Below, piece by piece: positions 28,844 through 38,425 of a stretch of 64,000 nt of DNA. The DNA is from Myxococcota bacterium (GTDB lineage Bacteria > Myxococcota_A > UBA9160 > SMWR01). Numbering within the stretch: the first letter of the stretch is position 1; each line of letters begins with the position of its first letter. Position numbers and translations under genes: made by a program. The notes under the pieces are model-generated. The model was not told where the DNA came from, searched no databases, and saw only the letters and a list, made by a program, of their open reading frames with translations. Where the stretch lies: NCBI GenBank assembly GCA_022447545.1, contig JAKVBI010000022.1, forward strand, positions 30,903-94,902, in the 5' to 3' direction.

Positions 28844-29022
28844 CTATTCCTCGAATCGCGCACTTGAGGTGCACGAGGCAAGCGCCGATAGCGTTGCGCA
28901 GGCCGGATACTACCATGATTCATTCGCCGAAAGTGAAGCGGGATCGGGGTTGAAGGAGGTCGTCTGGGGCCGCCCCTTTCGGGCATGGGGAAAGGGTCGG
29001 ATGGGAGGGCGTGCCCACGAAC

Positions 29023-31230
29023 TCAGGGCGTCGGGTTCACCCGTTCGAGGTATGGGCGGCCTTTTCGGTACCCGTCGGCGCGTTCTAAAATGGCGGCTTC
29101 GGATTCGAGGTCGCTGTCCTGCCGTGCCAGTTCCGCCGCCTGTTCTGCCGCCTCGATGGCGAGATCGAACTCTCCGATAGCAGCCCACGCCGCGCCCAGC
29201 GTGTCCAAGGTGCTGAAGTCGGCGCCGTGTTTCTGGAGGCTGCGCTGGACGAGGGTCATTGCCTGTGGCGGGTTCCGGAGGCCGGAGTCGGGGATCGTTG
29301 CAAGCATCCATGCGAGGTCGTTGGTGATGAACTCGATTTCGGGGTTCATGCGGTGAGCGGTTCCGAGGTGTTGCAGGGCGTCGGCCTGATGTCCCATCTC
29401 CCAGAGGGCGGCACCCAGGTGCGCGTGGGTTTGAGCATCTTCGACCTCGGCCAGCACCCGTTGGAAGTGCCACGCGGCCTTGCTCAGTTGGCCCGATTTG
29501 AGCCTCTCGACCCCGAGATTCAAGTGCGCCGGGATGTACTCGGGGTTGCGGTCGAGTGCGAATTCCAAGAGAAAGATGGCTCTTTCGCTGTCGCCCTGTT
29601 CAGCCCAGATCTTGGCCAGGTTGCTGATGACCCTCTCGTCGGCATAAATGGCCAGAGAGGCATCGTGATGCTCGATGGCTTCTTCGGTCCGGCCCGCTCG
29701 GTAGAGGGCGAGCCCGAGACCTCCCTGGGCCTGGAAGTCATCAGGCATCAGGCGGACCGCTTCCTGTAGGTGCAACAGTGCTCCGTCCTGGTCCCCCATC
29801 TCGCTCAGGATCGCTCCCAGGTTGCGGTGGGAGGGCACGTCGTTGGGGTCCTTCTCCAGCGCGTCCCGAAAGTGGACCATGGCTTGGAAAGGACGGCTTT
29901 CACCGTTGTGGGACATTCCCAGGTTCGAGTGGGCCCGAGCGTATTGCGGGTTCTTCTCGACGGCGTCGGCCCAAAGGGTGATGTTGTTTTGCCACGTTGC
30001 ATTGCGGGTCAGGGTTCCTGCGATGAGAACGAGCACCACGAGAACCGCACCAACGACCGCAGAGCGCGGAAAGAGCTCCCGACCGGTCGCGAATGCGAAA
30101 GCGGGTGCCAGAACGACACCTGCCAGGGGAAGGTAGGTCCGGTGGTCGAACATCATCTCCAGCGGCAGGATCGAGGACTCGACGACCAAGTGGAGGAAGA
30201 ACCACAGGATCGAAAAGGAGAAGATTCGCCAACGTCGAGCCAGGGGGATTGCCCAGGCGAGAAGCAATAGGAGAACGAACATCGATCCGGCGGTCGTTGG
30301 GGGGGTGAAGAGGGACGTCGAAGGAATTACATGCTGTGCGATGGTCATTCGCGAAGGATCGGGAAGAAGGATGAGCAGCAGATATTGGACCACCACACGC
30401 GGTTGGGTCAGGAGGCGTTCACCCAGGGTGAAGTCACGGCGCGCGTAACCCAGGTCCGGCCCGTAGACGAGCACGTAATAGATCGCCCCCCCTACGAGAA
30501 CCAGTGGAACGGCCAGGCGCACAGCGCTGCGCTTCATCCATGCGCGGTCGAGATCGCGAAAGAAGAAGGCCTCGTAGAGCCACACGGCGACCGGAAGGGT
30601 GATGGCGTTCTGCTTGCAGCCCAGGGCCAACAGGCCCGAGACCACTGCCCCCGCGTAGGGGATGTGGCGCGCGGAACCGGGAGGCTTCTCGCGCCCCCGG
30701 ATGTACAGCAGGAGTGCAGAGAGGTAGAAGAACGTGGACAGGCTGTTCATGCGCTGAATCACGTAGGTGACGGACTGGACCTGGAGGGGGTGGGCGGCAA
30801 ACAAGAGCGCGGCGAACAGTGCCGTTGTACGCATGCTCGTGGGGTCGAAAGCAGGGCCCGACTGGTTCGGGAGCGAGCGCCAACGTTGGAGAGTCGCCGT
30901 GACGAAGGCGTACACGAGTAGGGAGTTTGCAAAATGGACCGCGACGTTCACCGCGTGGTAGCCGAAGACCTCGTATTGGCCGAACCAATAGTTGAGACCG
31001 AATGTGATGTTGGCGACCGGTCGCTGGTTGTAGGGGACGACGACGGTGTTGTAGAGAGTTTCGAGGTCGATCTGATACCAGCGAACGGCGGGTTGGTGCA
31101 CGATGGTGAAGTAGTCGTCGAAGGTGAATGGGGCCTCGAGAATGCTCTCGTAGAGGCCGAAACAGGCGGCACCGAGGATCACCATCACGAGGACGGTGAA
31201 TTGCCCCGCTTGGTCGGGGCGATTCGTCAA
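29023..31230 (-). CDS. TMTC-like (DD-motif GT-C + TPR) putative protein O-glycosyltransferase, paralogue A
   Basis: FTFDD, RPVANITF, HPLQVQSVTY..QR, CKQ, DHRTYLP and RNATW, followed by multiple TPRs. Confidence 0.82.
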   Translation of the reverse strand: MTNRPDQAGQFTVLVMVILGAACFGLYESILEAPFTFDDYFTIVHQPAVRWYQIDLETLYNTVVVPYNQRPVANITFGLNYWFGQYEVFGYHAVNVAVHFANSLLVYAFVTATLQRWRSLPNQSGPAFDPTSMRTTALFAALLFAAHPLQVQSVTYVIQRMNSLSTFFYLSALLLYIRGREKPPGSARHIPYAGAVVSGLLALGCKQNAITLPVAVWLYEAFFFRDLDRAWMKRSAVRLAVPLVLVGGAIYYVLVYGPDLGYARRDFTLGERLLTQPRVVVQYLLLILLPDPSRMTIAQHVIPSTSLFTPPTTAGSMFVLLLLLAWAIPLARRWRIFSFSILWFFLHLVVESSILPLEMMFDHRTYLPLAGVVLAPAFAFATGRELFPRSAVVGAVLVVLVLIAGTLTRNATWQNNITLWADAVEKNPQYARAHSNLGMSHNGESRPFQAMVHFRDALEKDPNDVPSHRNLGAILSEMGDQDGALLHLQEAVRLMPDDFQAQGGLGLALYRAGRTEEAIEHHDASLAIYADERVISNLAKIWAEQGDSERAIFLLEFALDRNPEYIPAHLNLGVERLKSGQLSKAAWHFQRVLAEVEDAQTHAHLGAALWEMGHQADALQHLGTAHRMNPEIEFITNDLAWMLATIPDSGLRNPPQAMTLVQRSLQKHGADFSTLDTLGAAWAAIGEFDLAIEAAEQAAELARQDSDLESEAAILERADGYRKGRPYLERVNPTP
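30390..30793 (-). repeat. 404-bp inverted repeat, copy 1 (inside TMTC paralogue A)
   Basis: Its reverse complement aligns without gaps to 31757-32160, with 11 mismatches by manual alignment. Confidence 0.95.
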
Positions 31231-31273
31231 CGTTGGAGGTCCTGCGCTGAGGAGTCGATCCTGCGATCTCGGA

Positions 31274-31279
31274 TATACT
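31274..31279 (+). promoter_or_regulatory. -10 element TATACT in the divergent gap between the TMTC paralogues
   Basis: TATACT 49 nt before ATG 31329, in a 98-bp intergenic region. Confidence 0.5.
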
Positions 31280-31328
31280 GTCCTGCGAAGGGAAGGCCGT
31301 CGGTCTTCGACTTGTTCATGGCCACATC

Positions 31329-33257
31329 ATGACGCGAATTGTTCGGGGGCGCTCTATCGAAAGGCGTCGCGCTGGTGCGTGGCTCGGTCTGCTGGCGTTG
31401 GTCACCCTCGGTTCGATCGCCTACTCGGGTGTTCTGCACGCGCCCTTCGCGTTCGACGATCAACGCAACCTTTTGGAAAATCCGGCGATTCGGTGGCAGG
31501 AGGTGGATCTCGACTCTTTTCGTGCGGCCGTTTTCGAGAGTCCTTCGAATCGGCCCGTGGCGAACCTGACCTTCGCACTCAATTACCGGGTGGGTGGGTA
31601 TGAGGTCTCGGGCTACCGCCTGGTCAATGTCGTCGTGCATCTGCTCAATGCACTCCTGGTGCAGTTTTTTGCCCGCACGACGTTTCGGAGGGTGGGCGGC
31701 CTGGGTCCGAACATCGCAGAGCGTGCTGCCTGGTTCGCGGCACTCCTGTTTCTCGTCCACCCCCTCCAGGTTCAGTCCGTCACCTACGTGATTCAGCGCA
31801 TGAACAGCCTGTCCACGTTCTTCTATCTCTCGGCACTCCTTTTGTACATCCGGGGGCGCGAGAAGCCTCCCGGTTCCGCGCGACACATCCCCTACGCGGG
31901 GGCAGTGGTCTCGGGCCTGTTGGCCCTGGGCTGCAAGCAAAACGCCATCACCCTTCCGGTCGCCGTGTGGCTCTACGAGGCCTTCTTCTTTCGCGATCTC
32001 GACCGCGCATGGATGAAGCGCAGCGCTGTGCGCCTGGCCGTTCCACTGGTTCTCGTGGGGGGGGCGATCTATTCCGTGCTCGTCTACGGGCCGGACCTGG
32101 GTTACGCGCGCCGTGACTTCACTCTGGGTGAACGCCTCCTGACCCAGCCGCGTGTGGTGGCTGCCTATGCAGGACTGATGGCCTTTCCACACCCCGCACG
32201 CTTGAGCCTCATTCACGAGGTCGAAGTTTCGACCTCACTCGTGGAACCGCTCACGACTCTGCTGGCAATCCTGGGCCTGTGTGCGGGCGTGGGGTTCGCG
32301 GTTGGGTGGGCACGATCCCGACCGCTTCTGTCCTTTGGGGTCTTTTGGTTCATGCTCCAACTCGTCGTGGAGTCATCGGTGCTCCCTCTCGAAATGATGT
32401 ACGAGCATCGCACCTACCTGCCGTTGGTGGGGGTTTGCCTGGCCTTCGCCCATGTCTGGTACAGCTGGATTGCGAAAACTCCAGCTCGCGTACGTGTCGC
32501 AGATGGTCTGGCGATTGTGGTGACGCTGGCGTTGACGCTTGGAACACTCGAACGCAACCGGGTTTGGCTCACCGCGGAGTCGCTTTGGGCGGACGCGCTG
32601 TCGAAGAACCCGGGAAGCGTACGGGCCCAATCGAATCTGGGCACGGCCCTGGCTATGGCGGGTCGGTTTGACGAGTCCGAGGGCCATCAACTCGCGGCAC
32701 TGGCGATTGCCCCCGATTTCTTTGAAGCGCATATGAATCTCGCGCGGCTTTATCTGCACCAGGGCCGGGCGGGGGAGGCGCAGCGCCACCTGGAACGAGC
32801 GCTGGAGACAAGAGGGGCGGACCCTGAGGTGCTGGCGGATCTTGGGGCCGCCTTCGCGCAGCTGGGTCGGTCTGAGGAGGCTGCTGTGGCGTTCGAGACG
32901 GCTCTCGATCTGGCCCCGGACCATCGCCGCAGCCGGTACAACTATGGGCTGATGTTGTTGGGCACGAACCAGTTCGAGGAGGCGTCTCGCCAGTTGGTGG
33001 AGGCGGCGAGAATCGAACCCGGGCGGCCAGAGACGCATATGTTTCTCGCAAGGGCATTCGCGGGCCTGGGCCGCAGGGACGAAGCGATTCGACAGTATCA
33101 GGAGGTTCTTCGGCTCGTGCCGCAACATGGAGGCGCCCGGGCGGATCTGGAGCTTTTGGTCAGGGAGATGCCGTCGCGGTCTTCGGGGGACGCTCCCCCG
33201 GTGGAGCGACCACCTCAGTCGACGCGATCGGACACCGGAGCGATTCCCCGTCGATAA
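31329..33257 (+). CDS. TMTC-like (DD-motif GT-C + TPR) putative protein O-glycosyltransferase, paralogue B
   Basis: FAFDD, RPVANLTF, HPLQVQSVTY..QR, EHRTYLP and RNRVW, followed by TPRs. Confidence 0.82.
   Translation: MTRIVRGRSIERRRAGAWLGLLALVTLGSIAYSGVLHAPFAFDDQRNLLENPAIRWQEVDLDSFRAAVFESPSNRPVANLTFALNYRVGGYEVSGYRLVNVVVHLLNALLVQFFARTTFRRVGGLGPNIAERAAWFAALLFLVHPLQVQSVTYVIQRMNSLSTFFYLSALLLYIRGREKPPGSARHIPYAGAVVSGLLALGCKQNAITLPVAVWLYEAFFFRDLDRAWMKRSAVRLAVPLVLVGGAIYSVLVYGPDLGYARRDFTLGERLLTQPRVVAAYAGLMAFPHPARLSLIHEVEVSTSLVEPLTTLLAILGLCAGVGFAVGWARSRPLLSFGVFWFMLQLVVESSVLPLEMMYEHRTYLPLVGVCLAFAHVWYSWIAKTPARVRVADGLAIVVTLALTLGTLERNRVWLTAESLWADALSKNPGSVRAQSNLGTALAMAGRFDESEGHQLAALAIAPDFFEAHMNLARLYLHQGRAGEAQRHLERALETRGADPEVLADLGAAFAQLGRSEEAAVAFETALDLAPDHRRSRYNYGLMLLGTNQFEEASRQLVEAARIEPGRPETHMFLARAFAGLGRRDEAIRQYQEVLRLVPQHGGARADLELLVREMPSRSSGDAPPVERPPQSTRSDTGAIPRR
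31757..32160 (+). repeat. 404-bp inverted repeat, copy 2 (inside TMTC paralogue B)
   Basis: Partner of 30390-30793; about 97% identical. Confidence 0.95.
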
Positions 33258-34072
33258 CTCGAGAGGTGGCGCTCGATCTCGTTGCCCAGTTCGGGATCGC
33301 CGCTCTCTCGGGCGAGCTTCAGGGCCGCCAGACCCGCGGCGCGAGCGGCCCCGAATTTTCCGTTGGCAGCCTCGGCCACGGCGAGCGTGTCGAGAATGGC
33401 CGCATCGCTTCGGTCGCTGGCCTCGGCTGCAATCCGAGCCAGGTCGAGGGCTTCGGGAGGAGATCGCAGGCTGGGGTCTGGATGAGTGGCCAGGAGCCAG
33501 GCGAGCAGATTCAGTCGTACCGGGTCCGACGGCGAAGCTTCGAGGGCGGCACGGGCCTGTTCGATCTGCGCTCGCTCCCTCTCGGACCGGTACTCCAAAA
33601 GGTTCGTCAGGAATTCTCGGGCGGGCGCGAAACCCGGCCTCACCGAGAGCGTGAATTCGAGGCGGTCGATCGCCTCGTGAATGCGACCTTTCTCGACCAG
33701 GAGTTGAGCCAATGCGTAGTTCGTGTGGGGCGAGAAGGGTTCGATGGTCAGGGACTCGACCAGCGAGGCATGGGCTTCCTCGTAGCGCCCCGCTTTCATC
33801 AAGGCATGACCCAAGGTGCGGTGGGAAGTCGGCCTGTTGCCGTGATCGAGGTCTGCCGCCATACGGATCTGCTGGATGTGGCGCTCGGTCTCTCCATTGG
33901 CTGCGAGTTCTTTCAGCCACCAGTTGTAGCTGAGTGCGAGTCGAGGAGCCTCGCCTTCGAGCACGAACGATTCGTAGGCACCGCTCAGGAACGCCAGGCC
34001 AAAGATTCCGGCGCTGAGGCCGAGGGCGAGGCGTTTGAGTTCGCGGGAGACGCGGGGGCTAGCGGGTTGCAA
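33215..34072 (-). CDS. Membrane-anchored TPR protein
   Basis: AAGGAG SD 6 nt before TTG 34072; one TM, then TPRs and an NLLAWLLAT..LDTLA module. The upstream part of ORF 33215..34825 is shadow sequence. Confidence 0.72.
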   Translation of the reverse strand: MQPASPRVSRELKRLALGLSAGIFGLAFLSGAYESFVLEGEAPRLALSYNWWLKELAANGETERHIQQIRMAADLDHGNRPTSHRTLGHALMKAGRYEEAHASLVESLTIEPFSPHTNYALAQLLVEKGRIHEAIDRLEFTLSVRPGFAPAREFLTNLLEYRSERERAQIEQARAALEASPSDPVRLNLLAWLLATHPDPSLRSPPEALDLARIAAEASDRSDAAILDTLAVAEAANGKFGAARAAGLAALKLARESGDPELGNEIERHLSSYRRGIAPVSDRVD

Positions 34073-34125
34073 TCCCAACTCCTTCGTTTCTTCAGACGCT
34101 CGGTGTTTCCCTGTTTGCAGGACGT

Positions 34126-35199
34126 TCAGGTGGCTGCGGGTACGCTTTGTTCGACGATGGCGCGATTGCCGCCACGGGAAAGGCGCCAGATGAAGGCGTC
34201 GACGATGAAGTGGTGAACGTTGATCGCGGCCACTACGAGAAGCATGCTCTCCACGAATCCGAATCCGACCAGCACGTAGGCGTGGGGTAGCAGGGCGAAG
34301 AGGCCATAGGCCAGCACGAGGGATGTGGCGTAGAAGCGGGCCACATGATGCACGGCACTGCGCGGATCTCCAGCTTTGCGCTGGTCTTTGAGGTGGAAGA
34401 TGGTCACGATGGCGAGGTATTGGACCCCGTGGAAGACCGTGGCCCAGACGAACGCATCGCGATAGGAGAGCGTGGCCCACCAGACGCCGTTGGTGATGAC
34501 GACGAGCAGGCTGATGAATGGCATGGGCATGCCTGATTGGCGCCAGACCCAGAAGAAGAGTGCGATGGGAGAGGCGAAGATCAGCACGGTTAGGATCTTC
34601 TGGGTCGTGAGGAGTAGTTCGATGACCTGTGGTTCCATCATTACGGACCGCGGCAGCAGCCAGCCGATGCCGACATCGCCGGCTTGCACGATGGCCAGCA
34701 GGAAGGGGAGGAGGCACACCCAGCGCAGGAGTTTCTTGTCGAGGGGGCGCAGACGGCAGCCCGAGTGCATGCTGTACATGACAGCGAGTCCGTACGCCTG
34801 GGCCGCGTAGTGGAAGGGCGACCACGTCAGATAGAGGGATTGCAGGTGGGGCCCCAGCGTGCCGGCTTCGAAAATGCAGAGCGTCAGCATCAGGAATGCG
34901 ACAACAGGAAATGCGAGGGTGAGGAACGGCATGTCTTCGGTGGCGCCGGGCTTGGTGTAGAGACGCACGGTCGAAGAAGCGAAATGAGTGCTGTTGGTGA
35001 GCAAGATCAGCATCGCCATCAGCGAAATGGTGTCGTCACCAAAGGAGATGCTCAGATGCAGGCGACCGGCGTGGTGGATCCAGAGCATCACGAGAAGGCT
35101 CAATCCACCGCCGATGATCAGATAGTCGAAGATCGGGTGGACGAAGGACTGACCGAGCAGTCGAGTCGAAAGGCTCGACGAAGTGCTGTCTCGGTTCAT
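34126..35199 (-). CDS. Hypothetical polytopic membrane protein with several His motifs
   Basis: THFASS, FHYAAQ, FHGVQY and VHHFIVDAFIW in hydrophobic helices; ATG 35199 is the inferred start. Confidence 0.7.
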   Translation of the reverse strand: MNRDSTSSSLSTRLLGQSFVHPIFDYLIIGGGLSLLVMLWIHHAGRLHLSISFGDDTISLMAMLILLTNSTHFASSTVRLYTKPGATEDMPFLTLAFPVVAFLMLTLCIFEAGTLGPHLQSLYLTWSPFHYAAQAYGLAVMYSMHSGCRLRPLDKKLLRWVCLLPFLLAIVQAGDVGIGWLLPRSVMMEPQVIELLLTTQKILTVLIFASPIALFFWVWRQSGMPMPFISLLVVITNGVWWATLSYRDAFVWATVFHGVQYLAIVTIFHLKDQRKAGDPRSAVHHVARFYATSLVLAYGLFALLPHAYVLVGFGFVESMLLVVAAINVHHFIVDAFIWRLSRGGNRAIVEQSVPAAT

Positions 35200-35464
35200 C
35201 GCACGTGGTTCCCCTGCCAGCGGCTGTGCGTCGGTGGCGCTGGAGTTCGGATCGCGGTCGGCCCGCGATCGTCCGAACCGCAGACTCGGGTCGGGAGCAA
35301 AGGATACCCTGCTCTCAGCAAGCCATCCATCGAAGGTGTTTGGTGCGGACCCGTGAGGATCGGCGACACAAGGGTCTGCGGGGTGGCTGGCTGGCAACGC
35401 GTTCGTGGGTGCGGTCGCATGGGGCGATGGCTCGGACGGAGGCAATGATTTCGATGCGGCGGCG

Positions 35465-36937
35465 ATGAACTCCGGCGGAACTCGTCCGAGGCGGTGGCTC
35501 GAAGAGAGGCGGGGCAGCGCGGCCCTACGGGTGTTGCTCTGTCTGCTGTTTGGCGGCTTCGGGCTGGGCTGCACGCCGGCGCGTTCGGGGCCGCCCGACA
35601 TCGTTCTGGTCGTGATCGATACCCTTCGCTCGGATCGGGTGTCGGCCTATGGGTATGCGCGTGAGACGACTCCACGACTCGATGCCCTGGCGCAGCGGGG
35701 GATTCGATTCGATCGCGCGAGTTCGACCTCGAGCTGGACGGTGCCCGCCCACGCATCCCTGTTCACGGGCCTCGCGCCGCTCCAGCATGGGGCTCATCAG
35801 GAACACGCTCGCCTTGAACCGGGAATTCCCACCTTGGCGGAGCGCTTGCGCGACGCCGGGTATGCGACCTTTGGGGCCAGTGCCAATCCGCTGGTGGGTT
35901 CTCGGACCGGTTTGTCCCGTGGCTTCGACGCATTCGCCGAGACCTGGCGACCTGCCGCACGTGAGGGTCGCACCCACCCGAATCAAGACGCTGTGTTGAG
36001 CTTTCTGGGCGACGTCCCGGTGAGCCAGCCGGTGTTCCTGTTTCTGAACTACATGGAAGTTCACGGCCCCTACGATCCGCCGCTGCCCTTTCGGGCCGAG
36101 TTTCTCTCCGCCGCCGAGGCCGACGGTACCTTCAGGGATGATTTCGAGGCGTCGCGTTATTACCTCGACAGGAACTCGATCTCAGACGCTGATTTTCGGA
36201 GGTTGTCAGACCTCTACGACGGGGAGGTCGCTTACGCGGACGCGTTGCTTGGCGAACTCCTCGACGCACTGGATCGGGCGGATCGCTTGGACAACGCCGT
36301 GTTGGTGGTCACCTCCGACCACGGAGAGAACCTGGGGGACCACGGCCACTTTCGCCACGTCTTCAACCTCTATGGAAGCACCGTGTCGGTTCCTCTTGTG
36401 TTCGTTTTGCCCGATGACAGCCGCGCAGGTGAAGTGGTGGAGGCACCGGTCAGCCTTGTGGACGTGTTCGCGTCGATTCTGGCCGCGGCGGGTTTGCCTC
36501 CTGGGGGCGTGGGTCGCGATCTTCTCGGGTCTCCCGTGGATCCCGGGCGAGCCGTTTATGCGGAGTACTTTCGTCCCGCTCAGGCGTTGACGTTGTTTAC
36601 ACCGGGTGAATTCGAGGAACACTCGGATCGCCTTCGCCCTTTCCTTCGGGTGCTGAGATCGGTCGAGCATGGTGGGCTGAGACTGATCTGGTCTTCAGAT
36701 GGGAAGCGTGAACTGTACGACGTGAAGGCGGACCCCGGCGAGCAACGCAATCTGTGGGAGGAGCCCGCCTATGCCCAGCGAGCGATGGATTTGGTGGAGT
36801 TGCTGGAAGGGCAGGGTGGGCGGCCGGGCGAGGCGTCGGAGCAGGGTCTTCTGGATGGGGTCTCGGCGAGTCCCTTTGGGGTGCTCGACGCGGAGGAAGA
36901 GGCCCGCCTTCGCGAGTTGGGCTATCTGCGCCCGTGA
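35465..36937 (+). CDS. Alkaline-phosphatase-superfamily ('sulfatase-like') lipoprotein, Thr-type
   Basis: Lipobox-like GLGC; IDTLRSD, WTVPAHASLFTG and TSDHGE; C-terminal LRELGYL. Confidence 0.85.
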   Translation: MNSGGTRPRRWLEERRGSAALRVLLCLLFGGFGLGCTPARSGPPDIVLVVIDTLRSDRVSAYGYARETTPRLDALAQRGIRFDRASSTSSWTVPAHASLFTGLAPLQHGAHQEHARLEPGIPTLAERLRDAGYATFGASANPLVGSRTGLSRGFDAFAETWRPAAREGRTHPNQDAVLSFLGDVPVSQPVFLFLNYMEVHGPYDPPLPFRAEFLSAAEADGTFRDDFEASRYYLDRNSISDADFRRLSDLYDGEVAYADALLGELLDALDRADRLDNAVLVVTSDHGENLGDHGHFRHVFNLYGSTVSVPLVFVLPDDSRAGEVVEAPVSLVDVFASILAAAGLPPGGVGRDLLGSPVDPGRAVYAEYFRPAQALTLFTPGEFEEHSDRLRPFLRVLRSVEHGGLRLIWSSDGKRELYDVKADPGEQRNLWEEPAYAQRAMDLVELLEGQGGRPGEASEQGLLDGVSASPFGVLDAEEEARLRELGYLRP

Positions 36938-36943
36938 ACGGGG

Positions 36944-38425
36944 TTATTCCAGGTAGCCGAGTTCGCGCAGGGCCTGCACGTCGCGGGTATCTGGCTCGCT
37001 CGAGGGGTCCATGGGGTCAGCGCTCAGCCACGTGTCGAGCTGGGCTCGGAGGCGGGGCAGCGCCGGGTGGTCGACTCGATAGAGGTTGTTCTGTTCGTTC
37101 GGGTCTGAGGAGAGTTGGTAGAGCTCGTAGGCATCAGCTTCAGGGAGGCCGGGTGTATAGATGAGCTTGTGGTCTTCGAGGGTCACGGACCGGAGCTTGC
37201 CTGCGACGTCGAAGCGAACGCGCCGCGGGGTTTCGCGGGGATAGAAACTGCGTCCGCTCTCGGCATAGGTGGCTCGGGGTTGGCGGGTGTCGCGCACGGA
37301 GTGGGGCAGTAGCGATCGCCCGTCCAGTGCCTGGGTTTGCGCGGCCGGTAGACCGAGGTCGAGCAACTCCACGAGTGTCGGCAGGACGTCGACCAGAGAG
37401 ACCCTTTCGTCCACTCTGGCTGGACCTCCAGCCGGGTCGTTGCGTGGGAGGATGATGGCGAGTGGGACACGCAACACGCTTTCGTACAGGCTGTCTCCGT
37501 GATCGTAGTGAAGCCCGTGGGCTCCGAGTTCTTCGCCATGGTCTGCGGCAAAGACGATCAACCAGTCGGGGCCGCGCTCGGCTTTGAACCGGGTCACGAG
37601 TTCGGCGATGGCATTGTCGGTGTAGCGGATTTCCGCGGCGTAGAGGCGGCGAATGTGCTCGTTCACACGCTCGGGAAGTGTGTTGCGGTAGACCGACTTC
37701 ACTTTCCCGAGTTCGGGCGGGTAGGCGCTCTCGCCCGTGCCGCCGGGCGTGGTTCCAAAACGGAGGGCGTAGGGACCCTCGTAGCCCGTATCGAAAGCGA
37801 GAGCCTGCTCGGGTGGTGGGAAGTAGGGAACGTGGGGGTCGATGTAGTGAACCCAGATGAAGAGGGGAGTCCCGTCGGGGGTTCGTTCGAGTTGCTCGAT
37901 GGCCGTTCGGGTGGTGGCTTTTGCATCGCGGGTGTCCAGGCCGTGATCGTAGACGTCGAAGCCACGAGCGAGACCGCGTTCAGGTCCGAGGATGTGGTTG
38001 GAGACCACCGCGACGGTTCGGTAGCCCCGGGCTCGGGCCAATTCTGGGAGCGAGGGCAGGTCGTCTCGAAGCCGGCCAAACAGGGTGCGGACGCCATGGC
38101 TCGGGGGATAGACGCCTGTAAACAGACTGGCGATGGACTGGGTGGTGCGTGGGCTCGGAGTGACTGCACTTTCGAAGATCACGCCTTCTGCAACCAGGGC
38201 ATCGAGAAATGGCGTGGTGGGGCGATCGTACCCATTGCGCGAGAGGTGGTCGGCGCGCAGGGTGTCCACCGTCAAGAGCAGAATGTTTCGGCGGCCCTCG
38301 GGGATCTCGGGTCCCGTGCAGGCCCAGAGGAATAGGCTTCCCCAGAGCAGCCAGCTTCCCCGCATGAGCAGGTCCCTCGACCGCACCAGGGCCCAGTGCG
38401 AGGCATTGCGCGCGGTAGGGCTCAT
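36944..38425 (-). CDS. Alkaline-phosphatase-superfamily ('sulfatase-like') lipoprotein, Thr-type
   Basis: Lipobox LWAC; VDTLRAD, RTTQSIASLFTG and AADHGE; C-terminal LRELGYL; ATGA overlap with the upstream GT (alternative start 38365). Confidence 0.85.
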   Translation of the reverse strand: MSPTARNASHWALVRSRDLLMRGSWLLWGSLFLWACTGPEIPEGRRNILLLTVDTLRADHLSRNGYDRPTTPFLDALVAEGVIFESAVTPSPRTTQSIASLFTGVYPPSHGVRTLFGRLRDDLPSLPELARARGYRTVAVVSNHILGPERGLARGFDVYDHGLDTRDAKATTRTAIEQLERTPDGTPLFIWVHYIDPHVPYFPPPEQALAFDTGYEGPYALRFGTTPGGTGESAYPPELGKVKSVYRNTLPERVNEHIRRLYAAEIRYTDNAIAELVTRFKAERGPDWLIVFAADHGEELGAHGLHYDHGDSLYESVLRVPLAIILPRNDPAGGPARVDERVSLVDVLPTLVELLDLGLPAAQTQALDGRSLLPHSVRDTRQPRATYAESGRSFYPRETPRRVRFDVAGKLRSVTLEDHKLIYTPGLPEADAYELYQLSSDPNEQNNLYRVDHPALPRLRAQLDTWLSADPMDPSSEPDTRDVQALRELGYLE

